A DNA stretch of 64,000 bases from Sphyrna mokarran (lineage: Eukaryota): contig JAGIQG010000009.1 of assembly GCA_024679065.1 (NCBI GenBank), forward strand, positions 81,840,001 through 81,904,000. Reading direction: 5' to 3'. The notes under the pieces were generated by a model, which had not been told where the DNA came from, ran no database searches, and saw only the letters and a list, made by a program, of their open reading frames with translations. Both the position numbers and the translations under genes were made by a program. The number at the start of each line of letters is the position of its first letter. Positions within the stretch are counted from its first letter, which is position 1. This document shows, in pieces, positions 48,601 through 63,540 of this stretch.

Positions 48601-51600
48601 ATTAGAAACATAGAAGATAGGAGCAGGAGGCGCCTTTCTGGCCTTTCGAGCCTGCTCTGCCATTTGTTATGATTATGATTGATCAGCTAACTCAATAGCT
48701 TATTCCTGCCCTTTCTTCATAACCTTAGATCCCGTTCGCCCCAAGTGCTATTTCCAGCTGTGGCTTGAATATATTCATTGTTTTGGCATCAACTTCTTCC
48801 TGTGGCAATGAATTCTACAGATTCACCAGTCTGGCTGAAGAAATGTCTTTGCATCTCTGTCCTAAATGGTCTACCCTGAATTCTCAGACTGTGATCCCTG
48901 TTTCTGGACTCCCCCACCATCGGGAATATCCTTCCTGCATCTACTCTGTCTAGTCCTGTTAGAATTTTATAAGTCTCATTCATCTGAACTCCAGCAAAAA
49001 CAACCCTCATCTAGTCAATCTCTCCTCATACATCAATCCCGCCAACTGGAATCAGCCTGGTAAATTTTCGCTGTACTCACTCGAGAGCAAGAACCTTCCT
49101 CAGAAAAGGAGATCTAATCTGCACACAATACTCTAGGTGTGGCCTCACCAAAGCCCTATATAATTAGAATCATAAAATCATAGAACGCTACAGTGCAGAA
49201 AGAGGCCCTTTGGCCCATCGAGTCTGCACTGAACACAATCCCATCCAGGCCCTACACCCATATCCCTACATATTATACCCACTAATCCATCTAACCTACA
49301 CATCCCTGGACACTAAGGGGCAATTTCTTGGCATGGCCAATCAACCTAACCCGCACATCTTTGGACTGTGGGAGGAAACCGGAGTATCCAGAGGAAACCC
49401 ATGCAGACACAAGGAGAACGTGCAAACTCCACACATACAGTGACCCAAGATGGGAATCAAACTAAGAATCCTGGAGCTGTGAAGCAGCAGTGCTAACCAC
49501 TGTGTCACCGTGCTGCCCAATTGCAACAACACATCCCTGCTCCTGTACTTGAAATCTTTTGCAATGAATGCCAACATACCATTTGCTTCTTTACTGCCTG
49601 CTCCACCTGCATGCTTACCTTCAGTGACTGGTGCACATGGACACCTCGGTCCCACTGCACACTCCCCTCTCCCAATTTAGTACTATTCGGGTAGTAATCT
49701 GCCTTCTCGTTTTTGCTTTCAAAGTGAATAATCTCACATTTATCCAAATTCTATTGCATCTATCACTGATTAGCCACTCATCCAAACTGTCCAGATCATT
49801 TTGAAGGATCTCTGCATCTTGGTCAAATTCATCCTCCCACCAAACTTGGTATCATCTGCAAACTTTGAGATGTTACATTTTGTTCCCTCATCCAAATCTT
49901 TAATATATATTGTGAATAGCTGGAGTCCCAACAGCAATTCCTATGGCACCCCATTAGTTATGCCTACCAATTTGAAAAGCACCCATTAATTCCTATTCTT
50001 TGTTTCCTCTTTGCCAACTAGTTTTCTATCCATCTCAATATAGTTTCCCCAATCCCATGCTCTTTAAGCTTGCACAATAATTTCTTATATGGGACTTTGT
50101 CAAACACTTTCTGAAAGTCCAAATAAACAACATCTGATCCTGCCACTGCTTTCTAAATGCTCCTCTATAATGTCTTTGATAATGGATTTGAGAATTTTCT
50201 CCACTAATGATGCTAAAATTAGTGGTCTATAATTCCCTGTTTTCTCTCTACCTCCCTTTTGAATATTGGAGTGGCATTAGCTAGCCACCAATCTGCAGGG
50301 GCTACTCCTTAATTTATAGATGATCACTAATGCATCCAATATTTTGAAAGCCACTATAAGTACTCTGGGATATAGATTATCAGGCCCTGGGAATTTATCA
50401 GTCTTCAATCCCATCAATTTTCCCTGCATCATTACTTGAGAAAGGATATACTGTCAGTGAAGGGGATGCAAAGGAGAATCACTAGGTTGATTCCGGAGTT
50501 GGCTTTTGAGGAGACTGGGATTATACTCATTGGAATTCAGAAGAATGAGAGAAGATCTTATAGAAACATATAAGATTATGAAGGGAATAGTTAAGATAGA
50601 AGCAGGGAAGTTGTTTCCACTGGCAGGTGAAAGTAGAACTAGGGCGCACGGCCTCAAAATAAGGGGAAACATATTTAGAATTGAGTTGAGGAGGAACTTC
50701 TTCACCCAAAGGGTTGTAAACCTGTGGAATTCCCTGCCCAGTGATGCAGTTGAGGCTATCTCATTGAATGTTTTTAAGGCAATGATAGATACATTTTTGA
50801 ACAGTAAAGGAATTAAGGATTATAGTGAACGGGTGAGTAAATGAAGCCGAGTCCAAGAGCAGGTCAGCCATGATTTTATTGAATGGCAGAGTAAGCTTGA
50901 AGAGCCAGATGGCCTACTTCTGCTCCTAGTTCTTATTATATGTTCTACTAATATTGATCTCCCTCAGTTCGTCCCTCTCACTAAGTCTTGAATTCTTCAA
51001 CATATATATAGTCATAGAGATGGGAAGCAGGCCTTCGGCCCAATTTATCCATGTCCCTTTTGTTAACGGCTAAGCTAGTCCCAATTGCCTGCATTTAGCC
51101 CATATCCCTCTATATGCATCTTACTCATGCAATTGAACGTTTTTTAAAAATCAAAATTGTACCTATAAAATAACCCTCTGCTTGTTCCAGACACTCACCA
51201 TCCTGTGTGAAAAAATTGCCCCTCTGGACCCTTCTGTATCTCTCCCCTCTCATTTTAAATCAATGCCCTCTAGTTTCAGACTCCCCTACCTTTGGGAAAA
51301 GATATTGACTGTGCAGCTTATTTATGCCCTTCGTTATTTTACAGACCTCTGTAAAATCACCTCCAAGCCTCCTATGTTCCAGAGAAAAAAGTCCTACTGT
51401 ACCCAGCCTCTCCTCACAAGTCAAACTATCAAGTCCCAGTAGCATCCTAGTACATCTTTTCTGCACTCTTTCTGGTTTAATAATATCCTTTCTATAATAG
51501 GGGGACCAGAACTGTACACAGCATTCCAAGTGTGGCCTTACCAATGTCTTGTACAACTTCAACAAGGCATCCCAACACCGGTATTCAATGTTCTGACCAA

Positions 51601-53520
51601 TGAAACCAAGCATGCCAAGTTCCTTCTTCACCACTCTGTTCATCTGTGACGTCACTTTCAAGGAATTATGAACCTGTACCTCTAGATCTTTGTTCTATAA
51701 TTCTCCCCAGTACCCTGCCATTAACTGAATAAGTCCTGTCCTGGCTTGATCGGCCAAAATGCATCACCTCATACTCATCTAAATTAAACTCCATCTGCCA
51801 TTCGTCAGTCCACTGGCCCATGGTGGAATCCTAAATAATAGTCTTCACAGTCCACAATGCCACCAATCTTGGTGTCATCTGCAAACTTACTAACAATGTC
51901 TATTAAATTCTCATTCAAATCACTAACATAAATGACAAATAACAACGGATCCAGCACTGATCCCTGAGGCCGTGGTCAGAGGCCTCCAGTTTGAAAAAAA
52001 ACTACCCTCCACAACTACTGTTTGTCTTCTGTCATCAAGCCAATTTTGTGTCCATTCGACTACCTCATCCTGGATCCTGTGAGATTTAAACATAGCAACA
52101 ACCTACCATGTGGTACCTTGTCACAGGCTTTGCTATAGTCCGTGTAGACAACATCAACTGCACTGTCCTCATCTACTTTCTTGGTTAGCCCTTCAAAAAA
52201 CTCAATCCAATTTGTGTGACGTGATTTTCCACTCACAAAGCCATGTTGACTGTCCCTAACTAGTCCTTGCATTTCTAAATGCCTTTAAATCCTGTCTCTC
52301 AAAATATCTTCCAACAACTTACCCAAGTGTTTGTTTACCCAACAGCCTTTCTCAATAGTAAATATGGATGAGAAATATTCATTTAGGATCTCACCCATCT
52401 CCTATCGATCTACACATAGATGACTTTGTTGATCCTTAACAGGCTCTCTCCCAAATTACGCTTTTGCCCTTTGTGTATTTATAGAAGCTCGATGGATTCT
52501 CCTTTGCCTTATCTGCCAAAACAATCTCGTGTATCTTTTTGCCCTCCTGATTTCTCTTAACTCTACTCCTATACCTCTATACTCTTCAAGAGATCCACTT
52601 GATCCCAGCAGCCTATGCATGTCATGTGCCTCCTTCTTCTTTTTGACCTGAGTCTCACTATCCTGTGTTCCTGACTTGTCACCAGCCTTGCCCTTCACTC
52701 TAGGAGAAATGTGCTTACCCTGAACCCTGGTTAATATACTTTTGAAAGTCTCCTACTTACCAAACTTCCCTTTGCCTTCCCACAGACTCTCCTAATTAAC
52801 TGTTGAAAGTTCCTGCCTAATACCATCAAAATTGGCCTGGTCCCAATTTAGAATTTTAACTTTGGGCCAGACCTAAATTCTCCATTAGTATCTTAAAACT
52901 AATGGAATTATGGTCACTGGTCTCAAAGCAATCCCTCACTAATACTTCTGTCACCTGTTCTTCCTTATTTCCCAAGAGGGGGTCAAGTTTTGTTCCCCTC
53001 TCTATTCGGGCCATCCACATAGTAAATGAGAAATTCCTCCTGAGTAGACAACAAATTTCTCTCCATCCAAGCCTTTATTTGTGACATCTGCTGTGAAGAC
53101 AGAACCAAAGTATGCATTCAGTTGCTCATGATGTGAAGATGCCGGTATTGGACTGGGACAAACACAAAGAGCAAAAAAGAACAAAGAATAAAACAACGCA
53201 GGAACAGGCCCTTCTGCCCTCCAACCCGACGCTGCTCATGCGCCCAACTAGACCATCCATTTGAATCCCTCTATTCCCAGTCTGCTCATGTGGCTATCTA
53301 GATAAGTCTTAAACAGTTCCAGCGTGTCCACCTCAACCACCTTGCTTGGCAGTGCATTCCAGGCCCCCACCACCTTCTGTGTAAAATACGTCCCCCTGAC
53401 ATCTGTGTTGAACCTTGACCCCTTAACCTTGAACTTGTGACCCCTTGTGTTCATAACCTTCAACACGGGAAAAAGCTTCCAACTGTTCACCCTATCTACA
53501 CCCTTCACAATTTTTTTACA
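48600..53520. mobile_element. Stack of CR1 fragments (mostly - strand; + at 50455-50945) with an HE1-like SINE at 49165-49518
   Basis: ORFs 50506..50844, 51260..51661, 52060..52272 and 53248..53523 all carry CR1 RT/C-terminal motifs. Confidence 0.8.
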
Positions 53521-55324
53521 CAATTTTATAAATTGAGTTTACATCTTTACATGCCCTGCTTGTGAATAGAACTCCCACTTACCTGTTGAAGGAGCAACGC
53601 TCCAAAAGCTAGTGGTTTTTGCTACCAAATAAATCTGTTGGACTTTAACCTAGTGTTGTGAGACTTCTTATTCAGTTGCTCAGCCATTTCTTTGTCCCCT
53701 ATTATACATTTCTCTGTTTCTATCTACAGGGGACCTACATTTGTCATCACCAACTTCTTTCTCTTCACGTGTCTATAGAAACTCTTAGTGTTAGTCTTTA
53801 TGTTCTCTGCAAGCTTACTTTTGTACTGTATTTTCCACTACTTAATCAATCCCTTGGTCCTTCTTTGCTGAATTCTAAACTGCTCCCAATCCTCAGATCT
53901 ACTGAAGCTCAACACAAGCTGAAGGACTGGCGTCTCATCTTCTATGAACGTTACAGCCTTCAGGACTCAACACTAAGCTCAACAGCTTCAGATTGTGACC
54001 CTTCTCCTCATTCTTAAACCCCACTCCTTTTTAAAAAAAAAACCTCTAGATGTATCGCCTCAAATGCAAGCCCCCTTCTCCTCTTAAAAGCCATCTGGCT
54101 TTTGTTCTTAAAGTTGCTCATTTTTGTTGCAATTTCTACATTCTCCCTCCCTTCAGTTCTGATGAAGAGTCAAAGGATCTGAAACGTTAACTGTGTTTCT
54201 CTCCTGATAGATGCTGGCAGGCTTAGAATCCTTGTAGTACAGAAGGAGGCTATTTGGCCCATTGAGCCTGTACCAACAATAGTCCCACCTATCCCTGTGA
54301 CCCCATGTATTTATTCTGCTAGTCACACCGACACCAAGGGGCAATTTAACATGGCCAATCCACCTAACCTACACATCACTGGGAGGAAACCAGCGTTGAG
54401 TTTTGCTGAGATCAATTTTTCCAGATTCCTCTGTTCTTGTCTATAAACTGAGTCTGTGCAACCTGCCCTTAAACTGCAACCCTCTAAACCCCATCATCAT
54501 CCTGCTACTTTATCCCATCCAGGCATGAATTCTTTCTGAGGAATGGTGCCCAGTTACCGTTTCAAGCCTATGATCTTTCACCAGAATGAGGTCTTTTAAA
54601 GTTTCACATTGAGGGTGAAGCTCAGAGTGTGGGTCACCTGGGATTGAGGTGACTCTAAGATGACCCTGTTTCAGATGGAAAACAATGGAGTTCCAAAGAC
54701 TCAAAACGTTAACTCTGATTCTCTCTCCACAGGTGCTGCTAGGCTGATTGAATTTTTTCAGTGTTTTTGGTTTGTATTTTCTATTAGCAGGACTGGCTTG
54801 ATGCTGGAGTAGGTTAGGTCCCTGGAGACTGCTGTTCCAACTGGGCTATGGGAATGAGGTTGGGTAGGTTGGGCCTGTACTCATTCTTTAGGAGAATGAG
54901 AGGTGACCTTACTGAGACATAGAAGATCCTCAGGGACTTGACAGAGTAAACGCTGAGAGGTTGTTTCTCCTTGTGGAAAAGTCTGGGATGAGAGAGCGTA
55001 ATCTCAGAGAAAGTGCTCACCTTAAGACAGAAATCAGGAAGAATGTTTATGAAAGGGGTGGCAATCAAGTAGTCTGCTTTGTCCTGGATAGTAAAGCTTA
55101 AAGTTTATTTATTATCATCATAAGTAAGCTTGCATTAACACTACAATGAAGTAACTGAAAAATTCCATAGTACACTCCAACACCTGTTCGGGCAGACTGA
55201 GGGAGAATTTAGCATGGCCAACACACCTAACCAGCACATCTTTCAGACTGTGGGAGGAAACTGCAGCACCCAGAGGAAACCCACGGAGACACAGGGAGAC
55301 TGTGCAGAGTTAGCTGATTCCTAC

Positions 55325-55396
55325 CTTCACTATCTCCAATTCCTCCTTACTCGCCGCCTGCTGTTTCTCCAACCTTGTACTTAACTGTGAGCAAAT
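55325..55396 (-). CDS. RABGAP1L: RABGAP1L-like coding exon
   Basis: ctag|ICSQLSTRLEKQQAASKEELEIVK|gtagg; 72 nt, phase 0. Confidence 0.93.
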
Positions 55397-55574
55397 CTAG
55401 ACAGAGAGAGAGAGAGTGTTACTGACTGCTGTTAGTCAACATGATGAATGAGTATCCCTCAGGGAGAGAGAGGAATGCGTGGGACATAGGTCTGAGGATT
55501 GCCCTGTTTCCAAAATAAAACTTATTGCCCTGCACGATCCACTCCAGTAGACATCGTTTGGGAGGAAGAGACAC

Positions 55575-56960
55575 CTGGACCAGGGAGACACCACCCGCAG
55601 TGAACCCAATGCACTAAGGAGATACCACCCGGAGTGAACCCAATGCACCATGGAGACACCACCCGGAGTGAATCCAATGCACCAGGGAGACACCACCCGT
55701 AGTGAACCCAATGCACCAGGGAGACACCACCCGGAGTGAACCCAATGCACCATGGAGACACCACCCGGAGTGAATCCAATGCACCAGGGAGACACCACCC
55801 GTAGTGAACCCAATGCACCAGGGAGACACCACCCGGAGTGGTTCCCATGTACCAGGGAGATACCACCCAGAGTGGTTCCCATGGATCAGTGAGACACCAC
55901 ACAGAATAGCCCCCATGGACCAGGGAGACACCACCCGGAGTGGTTCCCATGGATCAGTGAGACACCACACAGAATAGTCCCCATGGACCAGGGAGACACC
56001 ACCCAGAGTGGTTCCCTTGGATCAGTGAGACACCACACAGAATAGTCCCCATGGACCAGGGAGACACCACCCGGAGTGGTTCCCATGGACCAGGGAGACA
56101 CCACCCGCAATGGTCCCCATGTACCAGGGAGACACCACCCGCAATGGTCCCCATGTACCAGGGAGACACCACCCGGAGTGGTTCCCATGGACCAGGGAGA
56201 CCCACCCGGAGTGGTTCCCATGGACCAGGGAGACACCACCCGGAGTGGTTCCCATGGACCAGGGAGACACCACCCGGAGTGGTTCCCATGGACCAGGGAG
56301 ACACCACCCGGAGTGGTTCCCAGGACCAGGGAGACACCACCGGAGTGGTTCCCATGGACCAGGGAGACACCACCCGGAGTGGTTCCCATGGACCAGGGAG
56401 ACACCACCCGGAGTGGTTCCCATGGACCAGGGAGACACCACCCGGAGTGGTTCCCATGACCAGGGAGACACCACCCGCAATGGTCCCCATGTACCAGGGA
56501 GACACCACCCGGAGTGGTTCCCATGGACCAGGGAGACACCACCCGGAGTGGTTCCCATGGACCAGGGAGACACCACCCGGAGTGGTTCCCATGGACCAGG
56601 GAGACACCACCCGGAGTGGTTCCCATGGACCAGGGAGACACCACCCGGAGTGGTTCCCATGGACCAGGGAGACACGCCTGGTGGATCCCCAAGAAATCAG
56701 CAGACATGTGGATTGTGGAGGCACTGTCTGGAGTTTTGCACTAGACTGTGAAGACACTATCTGGAGGATCCCTGAGAACCCGGGATACTCATCTGGAGTT
56801 CCCCCAGTGGATCGAGGAGACAACGTCTGGAGTGCCCTCCCAGACTGCAGAAACACTGTCTGGGAGGATTCCCCTGGATCGCAGAAACACTGTCTGGGAA
56901 ACACTGTCTGGAGTGTCCCCCCGGATCACATAGACACTGTCTGGGAGATGTCATTAGTGG
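55575..56960. repeat. 34-bp minisatellite with variant subarrays and a degenerate tail
   Basis: Unit ggaccagggagacaccacccggagtggttcccat; variants with gtgaacccaatgca or cacacagaatag; degenerate acactgtctgg units after 56675. Confidence 0.95.
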
Positions 56961-57181
56961 ACAGATTCCACCACTTGTTATTAAGGGATTTTAATGTTGG
57001 AATAAACCTGGAAACGGGGCCCAGGACACAAACACAACGATTGGAGCTGGTCTGGAATGATCAGCCTCAGAAACAGGAAATATTACGGACAACCCTCAGA
57101 CCCTCAAATAGCTACTCAATACACTGAGATTTTAAATACAATCTGCTCACCATCAATCAGACAAGACATGCAAAATGGTTA

Positions 57182-57310
<129 letters not shown>

Positions 57311-57354
57311 TCAAATAACTGATGGACAGGTTCAATCAAAATTAAACCATAGGA

Positions 57355-59080
57355 AAGAGCCCAGGCCTCCCTCTCTCCCTCTCCCGCAGCCCGGGCCTCC
57401 CTCCCTCCCTCTCCCACAACCCAGGCCTACGTTCCCCCCTCTCTCTCTCCCACAGCCCGGTCCTCCCTCCCTCCCTCCCTCTCCCACAGCCTGGGCCTCC
57501 CTCCCTCCCTCTCCCGCAGCCCAGGCCTCCCTCCCTCCCTCCCTCTCCCGCAGCCCGGGCCTCCCTCCCTCCTCTCCCAGCCCCTCCCTCCCTCCTCCCT
57601 CTCCCGCAGCCCGGGCCTCCCTCCCTCCCTCCCTCTCCTGCAGCCCAGTCCTCCCTCCCTCCCTCCCTCCCTCTCCCGCAGCCTGGGCCTCCCTCCTCCC
57701 TCTCCCGCAGCCCAGGCCTACCTTCCCCCCTCTCTCTCTACCACAGCCCGGTCCTCCCTCCCTCCCTCCCTCTCTCTCCCACAGCCTGGGCCTCGCTCCC
57801 TCCCTCCTGCAGCCCAGGCCTCCCTCCTCCTCTCCCACAGCCTGGGCCTCCTCCCTCCCTCTCCCGCAGCCCAGGCCTACCTTCCCCCCTCTCTCTCTAC
57901 CACAGCCCGGTCCTCCTCCCTCCCTCCCTCTCCCACAGCCTGGGCCTCCCTCCCTCCCTCTCCCGCAGCCCGGGCCTACCTTCCCCCCTCTCTCTCTCCC
58001 ACAGCCCGGTCCTCCCTCCCTCTCCCACAGCCTGGGCTTCCCTCCCTCCCTCTGCCGCAGTCCAGGCCTACCTTCTCCCCTCTCTCTCTCCCACAGCCGG
58101 TCCTCCCTCCCTTCCTCCCTCTCCCACAGCCTGGGCTTCCCTCCCTCCCCCTCCCACAGCCTGGGCTTCCTCCCTCCCCTCCCACCTGGGCTTCCCTCCC
58201 TCCCTCTCCACAGCCCAGGCCTACCTTCCCCCTCTCTCTCTCCCACAGCCCGGTCCTCCTCCCTCCCTCTCTCTCCCACAGCCTGGGCCTCGCTCCCTCC
58301 CTCTCCCGCAGCCCGGGCCTCCCTCCTCTCCTACAGCCCAGGCCTACCTTCCCCCCCCTCTTCTCCCACAGCCCGGTCCTCCCTCCTCCCTCACCTCTCC
58401 TGCAGCCTGGGCCTCCCTCCCTCTCCCTCCTGCAGTCCAGGTCTCCCTCCCTCCCTCTCCCTCTCCTGCAGCCCAGGCCTCTCTCCCTCCCTCACCCTTT
58501 CCCACAGCCCGGGTCTCCTCCCTCTCCCTCTCCTGCAGCCCAGGCCTCCCTCCCTCCTCACCCTCTCCCACAGCCCAGGTCTCCCTCCCTCCTCACCCTC
58601 TCCCACAGCCCAGGTCTCCCTCCCTCCCTTCCTCTCCCGCAGCCCAGGTCTCCCCCCCCCCTTCCTCTCCTGCAGCCCAGGCCTCCCTCCCTCCTCACCC
58701 TCTCCCACAGCCCAGGTCTCCCTCCCTCCCTTCCTCTCCCGCAGCCCAGGTCTCCCCCCCCTTCCTCTCCTGCAGCCCAGGCCTCCCTCCCTCCTCACCC
58801 TCTCCCGCAGCCCGGGTCTCCCTCCCTCCCTCTCCCGCAGCCCAGGTCTCCCTCCCTCCCTCTCTCGCAGCCCGGGTCTCCCCCACCTTCCTCTCCTGCA
58901 GCCCGGGTCTCCCTCCCTCCCTCTCCTGCAGCCCGGGTCTCCCTCCCTCCCTCTCTCGCAGCCCGGGTCTCCCTCCCTCCCTCCCTCTTCTGCAGCCCGG
59001 GTCTCACTCCCTCCCTCCCTCTCCCGCAGCCCAGCTCTCCCTCCCTCCCTCCCTCTCCCGCAGCCTGGGCCTCCTTCCCT
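57355..59080. repeat. About 30-bp C-rich degenerate minisatellite
   Basis: Units like ccctccctccctctcccgcagcccgggcct. Confidence 0.93.
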
Positions 59081-59469
59081 TTACGTCTCCCATATCTCAG
59101 GCCTCCCTACCTTTACCTCTTCCATATTCCGAGCCTCCCTACCTCTACCCCTCCTGCAATCCGGGTCTCCCTCCCTGAACCAGAGCCCAAGGCTCCCTTC
59201 ATTTCTATCCCAGAGAACGAGCTGCCCTCTCTCTCGGGGTCTGGACCCATTACCAAAGGCCGGGCCTCCCTGCCTTGCCCCATTCTCATGGTCAGTCCCT
59301 GCCCCCCTTCTCCTACAGACTGCGTAGTTACCCCGATATGGAAGACCGAGTGCTGGAGACCGAATGCACACTCTAATTCTCAAGCCCGTGTCCTCTTCCT
59401 TGCCTCATCCCCAGAATCTGGTCCCTCACAGAGACCGGACCTACATTCCAATACGGAAGACCAGGCCTA

Positions 59470-59799
<330 letters not shown>

Positions 59800-59844
59800 T
59801 TAACTGATTAATCACGTGATGTTCAGCTGAGCTTGTCAGCTGTG

Positions 59845-60413
<569 letters not shown>

Positions 60414-62017
60414 TTAATAAATAAATCAACAGAGATCCGGTCACTCAACTAACGGCAAAACATTCATCTGCAGGAGTCCTTCACAGCTTCGCCCTCTTCA
60501 CCCCAGACAGAGTCACAGGCCTCAGCCTCCTCATCCTTAGACACAGTCACAGCCTGAACTTCAACCCTAGTCATGGGGTGTGGGGCTCATCTTAGCCTAG
60601 TTACAGAAACAATTACATTCATTAAATAGACAGGCCTGTAATCTCTCAAAGGTCACGGAACAATGAAGTTGTCCTTGAAGGCGCTGCTTTGTCTTGGGTT
60701 AGGTGGTCTCAAGCAAGCTGGTGGATGTAGAATGGGATCAGCAACAATGAAGTGGAGGAAGAGATAGTAGAGCAGTATGAGGCCAAAGAAATATTGTGCA
60801 ACACGCAAATAATAATGGGACACAGTACAGGTAGATACATGGAAACAGGCAACTTCAAAGAGACGATAAAACCAGAAACACAGACACAAATACATAGAAA
60901 ACAGAGTGGTCAGTAATATCAGCATTCTGTAACATACAAGATCTGAGAGAAATCTCCATGTGCTTCCATTTGTAGGGGTCAGTGCCTCCAGCAGCACACA
61001 GAGTAATGGGTAAAAGAGTAATGAGGTGCGCGCAACAGCAGGACGGGGCAGGGGGTTCCAGATGTGCAATAGCAGGATGGGGGGGGCATGAAGGCAGGAG
61101 CAGGCACGCGACAACAAGACGAAGGGGGAATTGGGCATGCAACAGCGGGATGGAAGGAGGGGAGCGGATACACGATGGTGGGACGGGGGGGGGTGGGAAG
61201 CGGACGTGCAACGTTGGGATGCAGCAGGGATACAGGCATGCGACGATGGACCGGAGAGGAGCGGGCGCTTCGGAATTAGTTTAGGGATTTAAATAAAAAA
61301 GGGCGGCATGGACAAATCTGGCTGAAGGACCTGTTTCCATGCTGTAAATGTCTATGAATCTATGACACCCCTCAACCTCACTTCGATCCTTTCAGACACT
61401 CATTAAAACATAGCTTTTACACCAAAATATTGGTCACATCCTCCACTATTGCCTCATGGCTGGGTGTCCGACTTAATTTAATAAATCTCCTTAGGAAATT
61501 TCCCAATATTAAAACTTCAAATAAAAGTTGTAGTTGTGCTGGTCCGTGATGGGTGTAAACAATACTATAATTGGGCTTTCCCAAATTGGTGACTTTAATC
61601 CGAAGCTGTTGTTGCTCTGTGACTGTGCAGTTCCTCAATTTACTTTGGAGCCTGTGTGCAATAGCAGCCTCTGACCTCTGGGTGGTGCTGCCAAGTGATT
61701 TGTCAACCCCTCAGTTCATTGACAAGGCAGAGTCTCAGCAGCAGCAGCAGCTCAGAACATAATAAATTCACTTAGGTTCAAACCTCTTCCCATCTCTATA
61801 TGCTCTACTCTTCCAATTCCAGATATTCCATGTGTCTGATTTTCCTCACCTCAGCACTGGCAGCTGGCATTTTCTCCATAAACTTCTCTTCTCATGAATA
61901 TAAAGCCTGACCAAACCTGATCTAATATATCCATGTGGCTCAGTGTCACATGTTGCCCGATTTCAGGCCTGTGAAGCACCTTAGAATGGTTTTCTACATT
62001 CAAGATAGAAAACTCAT

Positions 62018-62440
62018 CAGAGTTTAGAAGGCTGAGGGGGGATCTTATAGAGACTTACAAGATAATGAAGGGGATAGATAGGGTAGAGGTAGAGAGATTC
62101 TTCCCGCTTAGAAAGAATAGCAGAACTAGAGGGCACAACCTTAAAATAGGAAGGGGGGGGGGGGGGGGGTTGGTTTAGAATGGAGTTGAGGAGGAAATTC
62201 TTCACTCAAAGGGTGGTGAATCTTTGGAATTCTCTGCCCATTGAAGTGGTGGAGGCTACCTCGCTGAATATATTTAAGTCACGGATAGGTAGATTTCTGA
62301 CAGACAAGGGAATTAAGAGTTATGGGGAAAAAGTGGGAAAGTGAAACTGATCCACTTCAGATCATCCATGATCTTATTGAATGGCGGGGCAAGCTCAAAG
62401 GGCTAGATGACCTACTCCTGTTCCTATTTCTTATATTCTT
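62018..62440 (+). mobile_element. CR1 3' fragment
   Basis: EFRRLRGDLIETYKIM...FFTQRVVNLWNSLP. Confidence 0.85.
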
Positions 62441-62471
62441 AAGGTATTTTATAAATATGACTTTTGTCATT

Positions 62472-62757
62472 GGCAGAGTGGCCCAGTGGTTAGCACTGCC
62501 GCCTCACAATGCAGGGACCTGGATATAATTCCCAGCTCAGGTCATAGTCTTGTGTGGAGTTTGCACATTCTCACCATGTCTGTGTGGGTTTCCTCCAGTT
62601 TCCTCCCACAGTCCAAAGATGTAAAGGTTAGGTGGATTGGCCATGATAAATTGCCTCTTAGTATCAGGGTTACTATTAGGGTAAATGTATGGGGATAGAG
62701 TGGGATTGTGGTCAGTGCAGACTTGATGGGCCTTCTTCTGCACTGTAGGATTGTATG
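62472..62757 (+). mobile_element. HE1-like SINE
   Basis: ggcagagtggcccagtggttagcactgccgcctcac...gtgggtttcctcc...cactgtaggattgtatga. Confidence 0.8.
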
Positions 62758-63229
62758 AATAGTATCTACCAAGAAAAGTTACTTATTTACAGGGTTAATC
62801 TTCACAAGTAGAGAAAAGGACTCTGGTTCAATGGGTTTGGAGACGTTTATAAATTCAATACATGATCTGTAGCCTCTGCCACACATGGTGTTTAAAGGGT
62901 TGACTGGATGAATTGTTTGGAGATTTATGTGCTCTCTCTGCCACTTCAACACGTTTCCTGATGAAATCTCTCGATGTATTCAGCCTTGCCAAATAAATTG
63001 TCTCCATTTTGGTCAGTCAGGGTCTCCCATGAGTTTACACAATTATTTGATTGGTGTGGGGATGCTTTGAGGGTTCATGCATTTCCTCCTGGGAATCTCC
63101 TGCTGTGACCAAGTACCAGACGGAGCAGTTGTTTTGAGTCTGCTGTCAGGGATAGGAATGACATGCCCTGCTCAACAGAACTGGTTGAGTGATTAGCGCT
63201 TCATTGCTGGGTACAAGGGGGGAGGGAGT

Positions 63230-63540
63230 TGACATAGTGGTATTGTCACTGAACTAATAATCCGGAGACCCAGGGTAATGTTCTGGGGACCTGGGCTTCA
63301 ATCTCGTCACAGCAGATGGTGAAATTCGAATTCACTAAAAATCTGGAATTAAAAGTTTAATGATTACCATGAAACCATTGTCAATTGTCGTAGAAACTCA
63401 CCTGGTTCACTAATGTCCTTTAGGGAAGGAAATCTGCCATCCTTACCTGGTCTTGCCTGGATGATTCCATACCCACATCAATGTGATTGACTCTTTATTT
63501 ATTGCTCAAGGATGAGCAATAAATGCTGACCCAGCCAGTC
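63230..63540 (+). mobile_element. SINE of a second family (also split across 42060-42180 and 42880-43060)
   Basis: Shared aaatctggaatt...ccatgaaa...cctttagggaaggaaatctgcca core. Confidence 0.6.

Noticed and set aside
57355-59080. Ig switch-like region
   Set aside because: Lies in a RABGAP1L intron more than 40 kb from the light-chain C exon, is not AGCT-rich, and light chains do not class-switch
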